From assembly GCF_964355755.1 (NCBI RefSeq), contig NC_092678.1, positions 25,003,365-25,067,364 of the forward strand: a DNA stretch of 64,000 bases. The letters are read 5' to 3'. A model generated the notes under the pieces. The model made no database searches, had not been told where the DNA came from, and was given only the letters and a program-made list of their open reading frames with translations. Source of the DNA: Antedon mediterranea (Eukaryota > Animalia > Echinodermata). Made by a program: the position numbers and the translations under genes. Shown in pieces: positions 13,101 through 24,300 of the stretch. The number at the start of each line of letters is the position of its first letter. The stretch's first letter is position 1.

Positions 13101-16100
13101 TTCCCTTGTGGGAACCAAGGTGTAATTTGTAGTCTACCTGTTAATGTTTTGGGTTCAGCTTTGTAGAAGTAATCATGTGACGTGTCCGCTACTTCACATC
13201 TGTATGACCCATTATCTTCTTCCACTACTCGGTCAATATTCAACCATGATGTTGCCGTAGTAGGGTACAATATGTCCTGCACTGTATACCGTTCATCATT
13301 AAAAGAATCGATGGGTACGCCATTTTGTGTCCAAAATATATGCATGTCATCTGATTCAGATATGTTTTGTAAATCGCAATAGAAACTGATAGATTCGTTT
13401 AACTGAACACTGTACTGTCTTTTTTCGTCAGTACTCCCAGGCATTGGAGAACCTAAAGAAAAAGTAGTTGTTTATTTCATGAAAAGAACTTACAACCTAC
13501 ATTGCAATGATGATAATTAATGCATACAAGGACTAGCCGCCTGTTACAAAAATCAATGTCCTGTATAGAATATGCAAAGTTGTTACCTTACTTTGGCACA
13601 TATGGCGTTTCATATGTATAATACATGAGCTCGTATTCAGACAAAAATTGAAACGCCGACTGGTGGACTACCATAAGAAACACTTGGGGTAAGTCTATAA
13701 TCAATGGTACGCAATAGAATATATGGAAATCATGAATAACCAAATACGGTTGTGTTCGCATGGATTGGGGACTGACATATACTGTCAAAAATTCTCTACG
13801 AATAATTCTTGTAAACTAAATTACCTTGACGAGAATACATGGAGCAATCAGGATAGACACTAGAACTCTCGCTGCCAGCAATCGCATCTCCTTGTAAATC
13901 AACACACCAACAAGTTCCTTCAGCTGGTATAAATTGAACAGCTTCATAGTCACCATAAGCATTACAACTTGGTATATGTGTAGCTGAGTTTGATATAATA
14001 TTATATTCTACTTCGCTCAACATTCCCATGAGAATGTGCATATTGTTGGCGTCATTTCCGGTCAACAGGCCTCTTACTCTTTTCCCCGTTCTCCTATATC
14101 CAGCATCCTTAAGTACTCTAAATAGAGCTGTGATCCTTTTTGTTACACACTCCTTGTACGTTACTAAGATCAAGAAAATGTACACACACTTCATTTAAGA
14201 TTTTACAAGGGAGTTCATATCAACTAAGTATCAAGTAATCTTACTTACCACAGTTGGGGTTTTTCTTTCCACTTGGAAAACCTGATTCTTGGTCAACGCA
14301 GAAACACCTTTTAACATAAATTGAGGAGTTGCTATTATTTTAAGATATATAGTGAATATTATGATAAATGATAGAACGTCTTTCTCTCACTGTAGAATTG
14401 TGTCCATGAGTTTATTCAGGAACAATATGTTACGTAAGCATAAAGATAAGCCTTTTAATACTTCTGTACCCTCTAACCTACCCAGCCTCGTGGTTGCATT
14501 GCCTTTCTGTGTAATTTCCATCATCTGAACATTCCGGTATCCATGGATACGGAGAAGTTTTAACGGCAAGATTTTGTCGTTGGTCAATTTCATTTGCAAT
14601 ACGCGTTGATGCGTCAGAACACGTTTCCATGGTTAGTGACTGAAGCTCTTTACAACTACATGTCGGACAACCGGTGGTGACGTCTGTCATGTGACCAATC
14701 GGACAGAAGTCATAGCATCGGTATAAGTTGCAAGTGGGCGCTGCAGGTGTCGGTGGCATCGATGTGGCGAGTGCAGCAGACAGTTCTAAACAAAAAAAAA
14801 TCATTGATATTTAATGTAATTGTAGGCATTCATTAAATTATTTTTGATTTAACAAACTGACAAAGAGTGTGTGTATAAGAAAATACGCTGGATTAAGGTA
14901 ACGTTGAACCTTGGAACTAACATTACACAGTACTTATTCTAGTTCGTACGCATTTCATAATGAGTTTTAGCGAGTTATTTTTCGGCAAAATAAAAGTCGT
15001 GCTTACCACACATTGGAGGCAGAAAATCAGTGTCTAATCCAGAAATCCGATCGACACATTTGCAAGGATTTCTAAAAATGAAAATTGTAAAAAATATAAC
15101 AAAACAAATTTGTAACTTATAGATGTTCAACCACCAGAAATAAGAAGGCTTCAATTAACTCGTATTGGTTTAGTCAACGTTTAGACGGCTCGCGTTTAAA
15201 GTGCGTGTGGCGCTCACGTCAAAGTGCGTGTGGCGCTCGCGTCAAAGTGCGTGTGACGCTCGCGTCCAAGTGCATGCGACGTCCGCGCCACACGCTTTCC
15301 AAAACACGTTTTGATTGCGGAATTCAAAGTTCTTTGATGAAATTGAGAACCTAGTAATAGCATGGTAATACTATTAATATTACACTGAATTGTATACAAA
15401 TTTACTAACTAACCTCGTGCTGTGTCCACATTGCAGTTTATTGTAATGTCCTTGTTGGTCACATGATGGTGGAAAGTCGACTCCTTCTAGGAAATAGCGA
15501 TCGCGCGCAACCTGCTGTCGTACTCGATTTTCTTCCCGTAAACATCTGATTATAAATAAAGGATAATTATATACAAATGTCAATTAACTATTCTGACTAA
15601 TCATTGCTTTAGTTTATGTTATATCATTAGTGACGTAAGGTATTATCACAGCCCTTGTGTCTCATCGGGGGTGTCACTTATCGGGGTGTCATTTATCAGG
15701 GTGTCACTTATCGGGGTGTCATTTACCGGGGTGTCACTTATCAGGGTGTCATTTATCAGGGTGTCACTTATCGGGGTGTCATTTATCAGGGTGTCACTTA
15801 TCGGGGTGTCATTTACCGGGGTGTCACTTATTGGGGTGTCATTTATCAGGGTGTCACTTATCGGGGTGTCATTTATCAGGGTGTCACTTATCGGGGTGTC
15901 ATTTACCGGGGTGTCACTTATTGGGGTGTCATTTATCGGGGTGTCACTTATCAGGGTGTCATTTATCGGGGTGTCATTTACCGGGGTGTCACTTATCAGG
16001 TGTCATAATATCGGGGTGTCATTTATCGGGGTGTCACTTATCAGGGTGTCATTTACCGGGGTGTCACTTATCAGGGTGTCATTTACCGGGGTGTCACTTA

Positions 16101-19100
16101 TCAGGGTGTCATTTATCGGGTGTCATTTACCGGGGTGTCACTTATCAGGGTGTCATTTATCGAGGTGTCATTTACCGAGGTGTCATTTATCAGGTGTCGT
16201 TTATCGGGGTGTCACTTATCAGGGTGGTGTCATATATCGGGGTGTCAATTATCAGGGTGTCATTTACCGGGGTGTCATTTACCGGGGTGTCACTTATCAG
16301 GTGTCATTTATCGGGGTGTCACTTATCGGGGTGTCATTTATCGGGGTGTCACTTATCAGGGTGTCATTTATCGGGGTGTCATTTATCGGGGTGTCACTTA
16401 TCAGGGTGTCATTTATCGGGGTGTCATTTACCGGGGTGTCACTTATTGGGGTGTCATTTATCGGGGTGTCATTTACCGGTGTGTCACTTATCAGGGTGTC
16501 ATTTATCGGGGTTTCATTTACCGGGGTGTCACTTATCAGGGTGTCATTTATCGGGGTTTCATTTACCGGGGTGTCACTTATCAGGGTGTCATTTATCACA
16601 GGGTGTCATTTACCGGGGTGTCACTTATCAGGGTGTCATTTATCGGGGTTTCATTTACCGGGGTGTCACTTATCAGGGTGTCACTTATCAGGGTGTCATT
16701 TATCGGGGTGTCATTTACCGGGGTGTCACTTATCAGGGTGTCATTTATCGGGGTTTCATTTACCGGGGTGTCACTTATCAGGGTGTCATTTATCGGGGTT
16801 TCATTTACCGGGGTGTCACTTATCAGGGTGTCATTTATCACAGGGTGTCATTTACCGGGGTGTCACTTATCAGGGTGTCATTTATCGGGGTTTCATTTAC
16901 CGGGGTGTCACTTATCAGGGTGTCACTTATCAGGGTGTCATTTATCGGGGTTTCATTTACCGGGGTGTCACTTATCAGGGTGTCATTTATCACAGGGTGT
17001 CATTTACCGGGGTGTCACTTATCAGGGTGTCATTTATCGGGGTTTCATATACCGCCGGGGTGTCACTTATCAGGGTGTCACTTATCAGGGTGTCATTTAT
17101 CGGGGTTTCATTTACCGGGGTGTCACTTATCAGGGTGTCATTTACCGGGGTGTCACTTAAATCAGGGTGTCATTTATCGGGGTTTCATTTACCGGGGTGT
17201 CATTTACCGGGGTGTCACTTATCGGGGTGTCATTTACCGGGGTGTCACTTATCAGGGTGTCATTTATCAGGGTGTCACTTATCGGGGTGTCATTTATCAG
17301 GGTGTCACTTATCGGGTGTCATTTACCGGGGTGTCACTTATTGGGGTGTCATTTATCGGGGTGTCACTTATCAGAGTGTCATTTAACGGGGTGTCATTTA
17401 CCGGGGTGTCACTTATCAGGTGTCATAATATCGGGGTGTCATTTATCGGGGTGTCACTTATCAGGGTGTCATTTACCGGGGTGTCACTTATCAGGGTGTC
17501 ATTTACCGGGGTGTCACTTATCAGGGTGTCATTTATCGGGTGTCATTTACCGGGGTGTCACTTATCAGGGTGTCATTTATCGAGGTGTCATTTACCGAGG
17601 TGTCACTTATCAGGGTGTCATTTATCAGGTGTCGTTTATCGGGGTGTCACTTATCAGGGTGGTGTCATATATCGGGGTGTCAATTATCAGGGTGTCATTT
17701 ACCGGGGTGTCATTTACCGGGGTGTCACTTATCAGGTGTCATTTATCGGGGTGTCACTTATCGGGGTGTCATTTATCGGGGTGTCACTTATCAGGGTGTC
17801 ATTTATCGGGGTGTCATTTATCGGGGTGTCACTTATCAGGGTGTCATTTATCGGGGTGTCATTTACCGGGGTGTCACTTATCAGGGTGTCACTTATCAGG
17901 GTGTCATTTATCGGGGTTTCATTTACCGGGGTGTCACTTATCAGGGTGTCATTTATCGGGGTGTCATTTATCGGGGTGTCATTTACCGGGGTGTCACTTA
18001 TCAGGTGTCATTTATCGGGGTGTCACTTATCGGGGTGTTATTTATCGGGGTGTCACTTATCAGGGTGTCATTTATCGGGGTGTCATTTACCGGGGTGTCA
18101 CTTATTGGGGTGTCATTTATCGGGGTGTCATTTACCGGGGTGTCACTTATCAGGGTGTCATTTATCGGGGTTTCATTTATCGGGGTGTCACTTATCAGGG
18201 TGTCATTTATCGGGGTGTCATTTACCGGGGTGTCACTTATTGGGGTGTCACTTATCGGGGTTTCATTTACCGGGGTGTCACTTATCAGGGTGTCATTTAT
18301 CGGGGTGTCATTTACCGGGGTGTCACTTATTGGGGTGTCATTTATCGGGGTGTCATTTACCGGGGTGTCACTTATCAGGGTGTCACTTATCGGGGTTTCA
18401 TTTACCGGGGTGTCACTTATTGGGGTGTCACTTATCGGGGTTTCATTTACCGGGGTGTCACTTATCAGGTGTCATTTATCGGGGTGTCATTTACCGGGGT
18501 GTCACTTATTGGGGTGTCACTTATCAGGGTGTCATTTACCGGGGTGTCACTTATCAGGGTGTCATTTATCGGGGTTTCATTTACCGGGGTGTCACTTATC
18601 AGGTGTCATAATATCGGGGTGTCACTTATCAGGGTGTCATTTATCGGGGTTTCATTTACCGAGGTGTCACTTATCAGGGTGTCATTTATCGGGGTTTCAT
18701 TTACCGGGGTGTCACTTATCAGGGTGTCATTTATCGGGGTTTCATTTACCGGGGTGTCACTTATCAGGTGTCATTTATCGGGGTGAATAATACAAACAAT
18801 ACCTGGTGACAATCAATTCAGTTGGAGTCACTGAAAAAAAACAAACAAAAGATCAGCAAAACACTAGATGATTGATTTCAATCATCAATCAATAATCGAT
18901 CACACTTTAAAGTACACATACGTAATGAGATTTACGCAGGAAAATATTGTAGGCCTATAAACTTAATTAGGGCATATTTATACACAGACGAGCGATAACG
19001 GTAAGCGGAAAACCGCGTAGCTTGTCCCATGTAGAATCTGTGTCTATCCTGAGCGGAAACCGCTCGTCCGCTCCACGTTGTGTGTATAGGCCTATGGTCA

Positions 19101-20610
19101 TAAGGAATAACAGAGATTCTATATTTGTATTACTATACCGTTACCGCTCGTCTGTGTAAATTGGCCTTGCGACTTACCGCAATATGGTGGCTCAAGATAT
19201 GGAATGGTTCCTTCATCTAAGTCAACACAAGAACAGCTATAAATAAATTGAGGAATAATGTCATATCATTTATTTAAAAAATGCTCCCAGGTAACTGGGT
19301 GTTAACTAATGTGAATGTATGGTGGGATAAAAAATAATCATTAACCACGAAAACCGTCGTTACTTATTAAACTTAGTTAGCCTACGGGAATTTCAAACAA
19401 CTCTGTCAAACCATTTCTTTAAGATATAATGAATTCTTACGTGTCGATATCCAAGTCTTCTCCCCAATCTGGACAATCCAATTCTAAAAACCGCCGTCTT
19501 GGTACTAAATAAACAATAGTTTAAACATAATTGAATTCTACACTACTGAATGTGATTGGTCAATTGTTCTTGTGATTTATTTAACAGGTTATGCGATTGG
19601 TCAATTGTTATTGTGATTTATTTTACACGTTATGTGATTGGTGGATTGTGCTTGTGATTTATTTTACACGTTGTATACAATTGGTCAATATTGTTAGCAC
19701 ACGTATGTAATTTTACCTTCTGTCGGTGCTGCGGTCGTCGGACTTGTAAGAAGTGAAACATCATTAACAAACCAGAATTGAATAAGCAGAATGCCGTCAG
19801 AGTCCGCCGGTCCTTGAAAGTTCACCCTTGCTGTTCTTGCAGTCGACACAAACCGTTTACTCTTAGCATCCTCTGCGTTGCATATCACCATGTCTGTTTC
19901 GGTATCGTCTGCCATGGTTATCTTAGGTACGCATGCGTCGTTGGAGTTTGTCGGGAGTAGACCAATGTGACTGATAGCTAGCATAGTTCGTTGACCTTCT
20001 TTGGCGCGAAAGTCGTAAGAACAACTCGTTTCGCCTAATTTAATGTATTCATAAATGACGCCGAATTCTTGCTCATCGACATTGATGCTTCTAGAACATG
20101 ACGGGTTTGCATAAACTGATTCTGATAAATGTGCACTAAAGAAAGAGAAAAGAAAACGCATATAGGCCCACTTCCGCACTTTGGTTGCTTCCGTTATTCT
20201 ACTGCTGGACCACTTTGGAAATCATTGCTTTGGCACTGAAAGTGCAATTCAGTATAAATAAAGAATAAATAATATTAATTCTATTCTCAGTAAAGCTCTG
20301 TCTACACCATCAAACTTTATGTGACAAAAAATGTGATGTGTCCAAATATAATCTAAATACCATATTTAAGCACATCACTACGATATTTGGGCATATCACA
20401 TTTTTTTTGTCAAACAAGTTTGATAGTGTAGACAGAGCTGTAGAATTCACTGAAGGCTTATTTTACAATGAAAATTGTTGAAATCTTACTTTAAGTTAGA
20501 CTGTCGGATTCGTCAAAATTACTCCTATTCTATGAAATATTTGATTCTTCAAACAAAATGTTTCTGCTCACTTACCTTACAGACAACAAAAACAGTATGT
20601 GCAGCAGCAT
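10104..20610 (-). CDS. Gene B: 17-exon secreted protein (~971 aa): signal peptide-CUB-partial TY-TY-antistasin-TY-long TY-Ig-antistasin-TY-long TY-Ig; possibly degenerating
   Basis: Exons: 20610-20576 (ATG, MLLHILFLLSV), 20135-19717, 19504-19441, 19236-19178, 18830-18803, 15545-15414, 15071-15007, 14785-14482, 14307-14249, 14163-13825, 13452-13138, 12896-12786, 12482-12413, 12089-11940, 11773-11715, 11153-10785 (acceptor reads AA, not AG), 10441-10104 (TAA). The sum is 2916 nt, a multiple of 3, and the exons are colinear one-to-one with gene C. Confidence 0.88.
12170..12315. mobile_element. Small palindromic interspersed element; second copy at ~26685-26797
   Basis: GCATGATGGGAA...CGTACGTACG...TTCCCATCATGC in both places. 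Confidence 0.6.
15185..15290. repeat. Degenerate 21-bp GC-rich tandem repeat
   Basis: GGCGCTCGCGTCAAAGTGCGTGT-like units, about 4 copies. Confidence 0.75.
15655..18787. repeat. 15-bp G-rich satellite (~3.1 kb) in gene B intron 5
   Basis: Units GGGGTGTCACTTATC / AGGGTGTCATTTATC / GGGGTGTCATTTACC; accounts for all long low-complexity ORFs here. Confidence 0.98.
18970..19168. mobile_element. MITE-like inverted-repeat element (third family)
   Basis: Arms TACACAGACGAGCGATAACGGTA and TACCGTTACCGCTCGTCTGTGTA. Confidence 0.65.
19548..19693. repeat. ~39-bp tandem repeat containing ATTGG
   Basis: TGTGATTGGTCAATTGTT.TTGTGATTTATTT, 3-4 copies. Confidence 0.75.
19717..20135 (-). CDS. Gene B exon 2: CUB-like domain
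   Basis: CSRSINV...CSYDFRAKEGQRTMLAISHIGL...C...VICN...FVSTARTARVNFQGPADSDG; CUB cysteine and aromatic pattern; homologous to 21762-22210. Confidence 0.8.
20294..20439. mobile_element. MITE family 2 (TIR AGCTCTGTCTACACTATCAAAC)
   Basis: Terminal inverted repeats with an internal TGTGATGTGCCC / GGGCACATCACA palindrome. Other copies at about 8912-9066, 10625-10773, 28369-28528, 46800-46916, 50385-50485, 50900-51061, 52162-52285, 59598-59696, 61069-61143, 62715-62800. Confidence 0.85.
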
Positions 20611-21305
20611 CTTGCAATCTGTTTCGTTCAAAGGTTAGTCGAGGAATAAAGTCAGCTTACTGCTGAGTGATACTATAAACGCAGACCCGGTGGTACCACG
20701 TACCATATTATGCTGCCTTGATAGCGTGCCTTGCACGATACGCTCTCGTTTGCAACAACAACATCCCAAGGAAATACGACGTCTCAATAACAATGAAGCT
20801 ATAGCTCCAGGCAACGATACGATACGGTATAATATATCTCAATAACATCATTAATCCGATCTCCTGATGTAATATCAATACCATACATGACACCATTCAC
20901 GGCGCGCTCAAATCTTGATGAAAACGAATGTGTCTTTTTGTACGCGCGCGTATACTTTGTGTCGCACATGGTATGGTCCACGAACAAAACAGGATCATTG
21001 TTATCCGTTAATTGAAAGGATGTAATCATTTAATAATATTGAATTGGTCTTTAAAAATATATATCGTGTGTTTTTATGGCTTATCAAAAATTAAATTGCG
21101 TTCAGGGTCGCGGATCATAACCGGAAATAATAAAGCACACGTTATTATTGTAAGGTCACCTCAGTTGTTGTTTAGAAGGATATAGCGTGGTGATAGATAA
21201 TGTACCCGGTAGGTTGTGTTGGAACACTTCCGTTATTAAACCTTCTTAACAGGCGTACAAAAGACGGTCATTAGCCCGTAGACCATCGTCAGGCATCTAG
21301 CCACT
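20611..21305. promoter_or_regulatory. Candidate bidirectional promoter shared by divergent paralogs B and C
   Basis: Divergent signal-peptide ATGs at 20610 (-) and 21306 (+) are separated by only 695 bp; ETS-like CCGGAAAT at 21121 and ACTTCCG near 21227. Transcription start sites are not determined. Confidence 0.55.
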
Positions 21306-24300
21306 ATGTTCTTCTTATACTTTTCGTTGGTATTTCTTAGGTAAGATTATTGCTTTTAACATAATTTATAAAGCGAACAGATACGCGTATATTTGTATTA
21401 GATTCGATAGGAAAAACTTGTAAAGGCCTATTTTAATTTTAAACAAAGTCATATAATGGTAGCCTACTATTTTAAAGATATCGAAATTGTTTTGTCAAAG
21501 TATTGTGGGGTTGCTATCATACAAACCTCCTGGTTTCTTGAGATCCAATTTCTTTCTTTTCTTGAAGTGATCCAAGGAAGTATTATTATATATGGCCAAA
21601 TAATATACAATGTAGCAATTAAATAGATAACATTAGAGTGCGTTTAAGAATTTTGTTCTACCTTTAATCATTACATCGTTTTCTTGAAACTTTATTTTAT
21701 TGTAATATGTGATTTGATGAATAAATGTGTTTGTATTTGTGTAATAATAAAAATATTTCAGTGCCTGTGGATCAGAGAGCGTTGGAAGTCGGACAGGCGC
21801 AAGATGCTCAAGAGACTTTAATGTGGACACGCAGAAGTCTGGTATCATTTATGAATACATTAGAGGCGATGAAGCAATGTGCTCTTACCACTTCAGGTCC
21901 AAAGAAGGACAGAAAATCATGCTTTCAATAAATCACATCGGCCTACTACCAAGACACTCTAACGAAGAATGTGTGCCTAAGATCATAAAGACAGACTTGT
22001 TGTTTACTGGCGAAGAACGATCGAAGGTGACATTCTGCAATGCTGATGATGTCACAGCCAGAGGAAGTTTCGTGTCAGTGGCTAAATCATCTAAAATAGT
22101 GTATTACGGTCCGTCGGATTCTGATGGAATATTACTTATACATTACTGGTTTGTGAATGACGTCACTCTCATACCACCTCCCAGGCCCACAGGACCTCCA
22201 CCAGCAAATGGTAAATGTCTGTGATTTGCTAAATAACCATATCTTTGAAAACAATCTTTTATCAGATTATTTATAATTAATCTCAAGAAATATATAAGCC
22301 GTTTAAAATAACTAAAACACGATTTAATATAGCTTTGTACTATATTTAAAGTAGGCCTATTACAATGTTTTGTTGCACACACATAACATTAATATCTGTA
22401 CGAATGCAACTATGTCCAAGATAGCTTTGTTGTTGTATTCAACAAACTTGTTAATTTGATATATGAACTTATTATTTTATTTTCACAATTGTATTAGTAA
22501 TTGAAGATTTTGAAGATGGATTTGTAACGTTAAAATGTGACGATTGGGGAGCCAATTTGGACATAGAGAGGTAGGCTTGAACTCGGTCTATCAGTGGCCA
22601 TTCCATCTCTATTTCAACTCCTCAATACCTGCTTGTAGATTTGATTAGTAGGTCTATACAAAAAAAACGTAAATGATTTAATATGTAATCTATTTATGCT
22701 AGTAAAAAACCTAGTATATCCTTCGAAGACGAGTCGAGTAGGTGGGTAAATCCCGGTGTACTAGAGTACATACAGCCACTTAGGGGAGAAACATGTTATT
22801 GAAAGTGTAAAATCTAGTCCAGCGCCTTGAGCACTTTAGTGGATACATATTATATGTGACTCTATTTTAACATCTGTATAACTCTTTCTTATTATTTATA
22901 CTTAAGCTGTTCCTGTGTTGAATATGCAACTGGAAACCCGACGAATTATGAACCGCCGTTTTGCTGTAAGTATTAGACCTACAAATCAAAAGTAGTCGTC
23001 CTTTTTTATCTTCTTCATCACTTTTCTTTCACTTTTTATGTTGTCTAGTTGTTCTTCTTTTCGGTGAAATATGTAAAGTTTTCAGAAATTACAAGGGAGT
23101 GTCAGAGTTGATACGTATTATAATGATAAATTCTTTTTTTTCTTTGCCAATATTTTCAATTTGAAACTGATTTACTTTTCATTACAGTGATTCCAACAAA
23201 AACACTCGAAACAAAGTGAGTTCTCATAATGTCTTTTATATTAGGCTACATTATTTTTGTTGCTATATATAATTATTGTCAATCATCATTTATCCTCATT
23301 GTTTTTATTTACTTATATTAACAATACCGTACTTAACAATGTTCAGGTGTCTGAAAGAAGTCAGTGAGATTCAACATGAACTAGCAACTCAAATGATATT
23401 CACCAATCACGGCCGTTTACCACCGTCATGTGATGATGAAGGGAACTTTGAAAAACTTCAGTGTGATGGAGACTCTCGGTTCGTAACAATATAAAAGTAT
23501 TGCTTTTACAAGTTAGATTGTACTTTTACACTCGCGTTTACACACAAATGTGATACAATACGTGAACAAGTTATGGTCACATGCATAAATGTAAACGCGA
23601 CGCAGGCACGTAAGCACGCGAGTTGACCAATGACAAGCGAACGTTCGAAGACTTAAGATCGTACAATAGTCGAACGAAGAGATATTTTAATTCATTTGTA
23701 ACGTATGTTCCATCATACTTTTAAATGATGTAAATCTGTGACTTCTTTTTATGTATACTATTATGATGTTTCCTATTTGTTGTGACTCACATGCATGTCT
23801 GCTCTTGATATCACTGACGATTTAGATGTCAATTAGAAAATAAATTTGGTTGTATTTATTATTTATTCATTTTAGAAGACCGTGTAAATGCGTCGACCCT
23901 GTATCAGGAGAAGATACTTATCTAATGCCACCAGACTGCGGTAAGTCCTCATAAAGCTTGGTTGCCACTAGCGACACAACGCAAGGACGTAACGCAACGT
24001 TTTGACCAATCACAAGCGATGGATTATTCGAACAGTGGCTTGACATTGATCAACTCGCTTGCGTTGCGCGTACGTCATTGCGCTGCGTCTCTAGTAGTGT
24101 GAACCACGCTTGAACATAATTGTACAGTATAATACTCTTTATTTTCAGTAGAGAGGCCCTACCAAATTTATAATATAGAGCCGCCCCGTGGATAAAAGCA
24201 GGGATACCTAGAAACCATGTTATTCTTTAAATATATCGTTAGGCTTTTTTTATTTTAGAATATCCATACACAACAGCTATGCCACTTATGACAACAATGG

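Noticed and set aside
15655-18790. Long ORFs up to 984 aa (GCHLS / GVIYR / VSFIG repeats)
   Set aside because: They are translations of a 15-bp satellite that is open in several frames and lies in an intron of gene B.
20799-21029. 76-aa ORF between the divergent start codons
   Set aside because: No recognisable domain or compatible splice sites; likely chance.
21862-21870. RGD tripeptide in the gene C CUB domain
   Set aside because: It is not conserved in paralog B (KLGE), and a single tripeptide is expected by chance.
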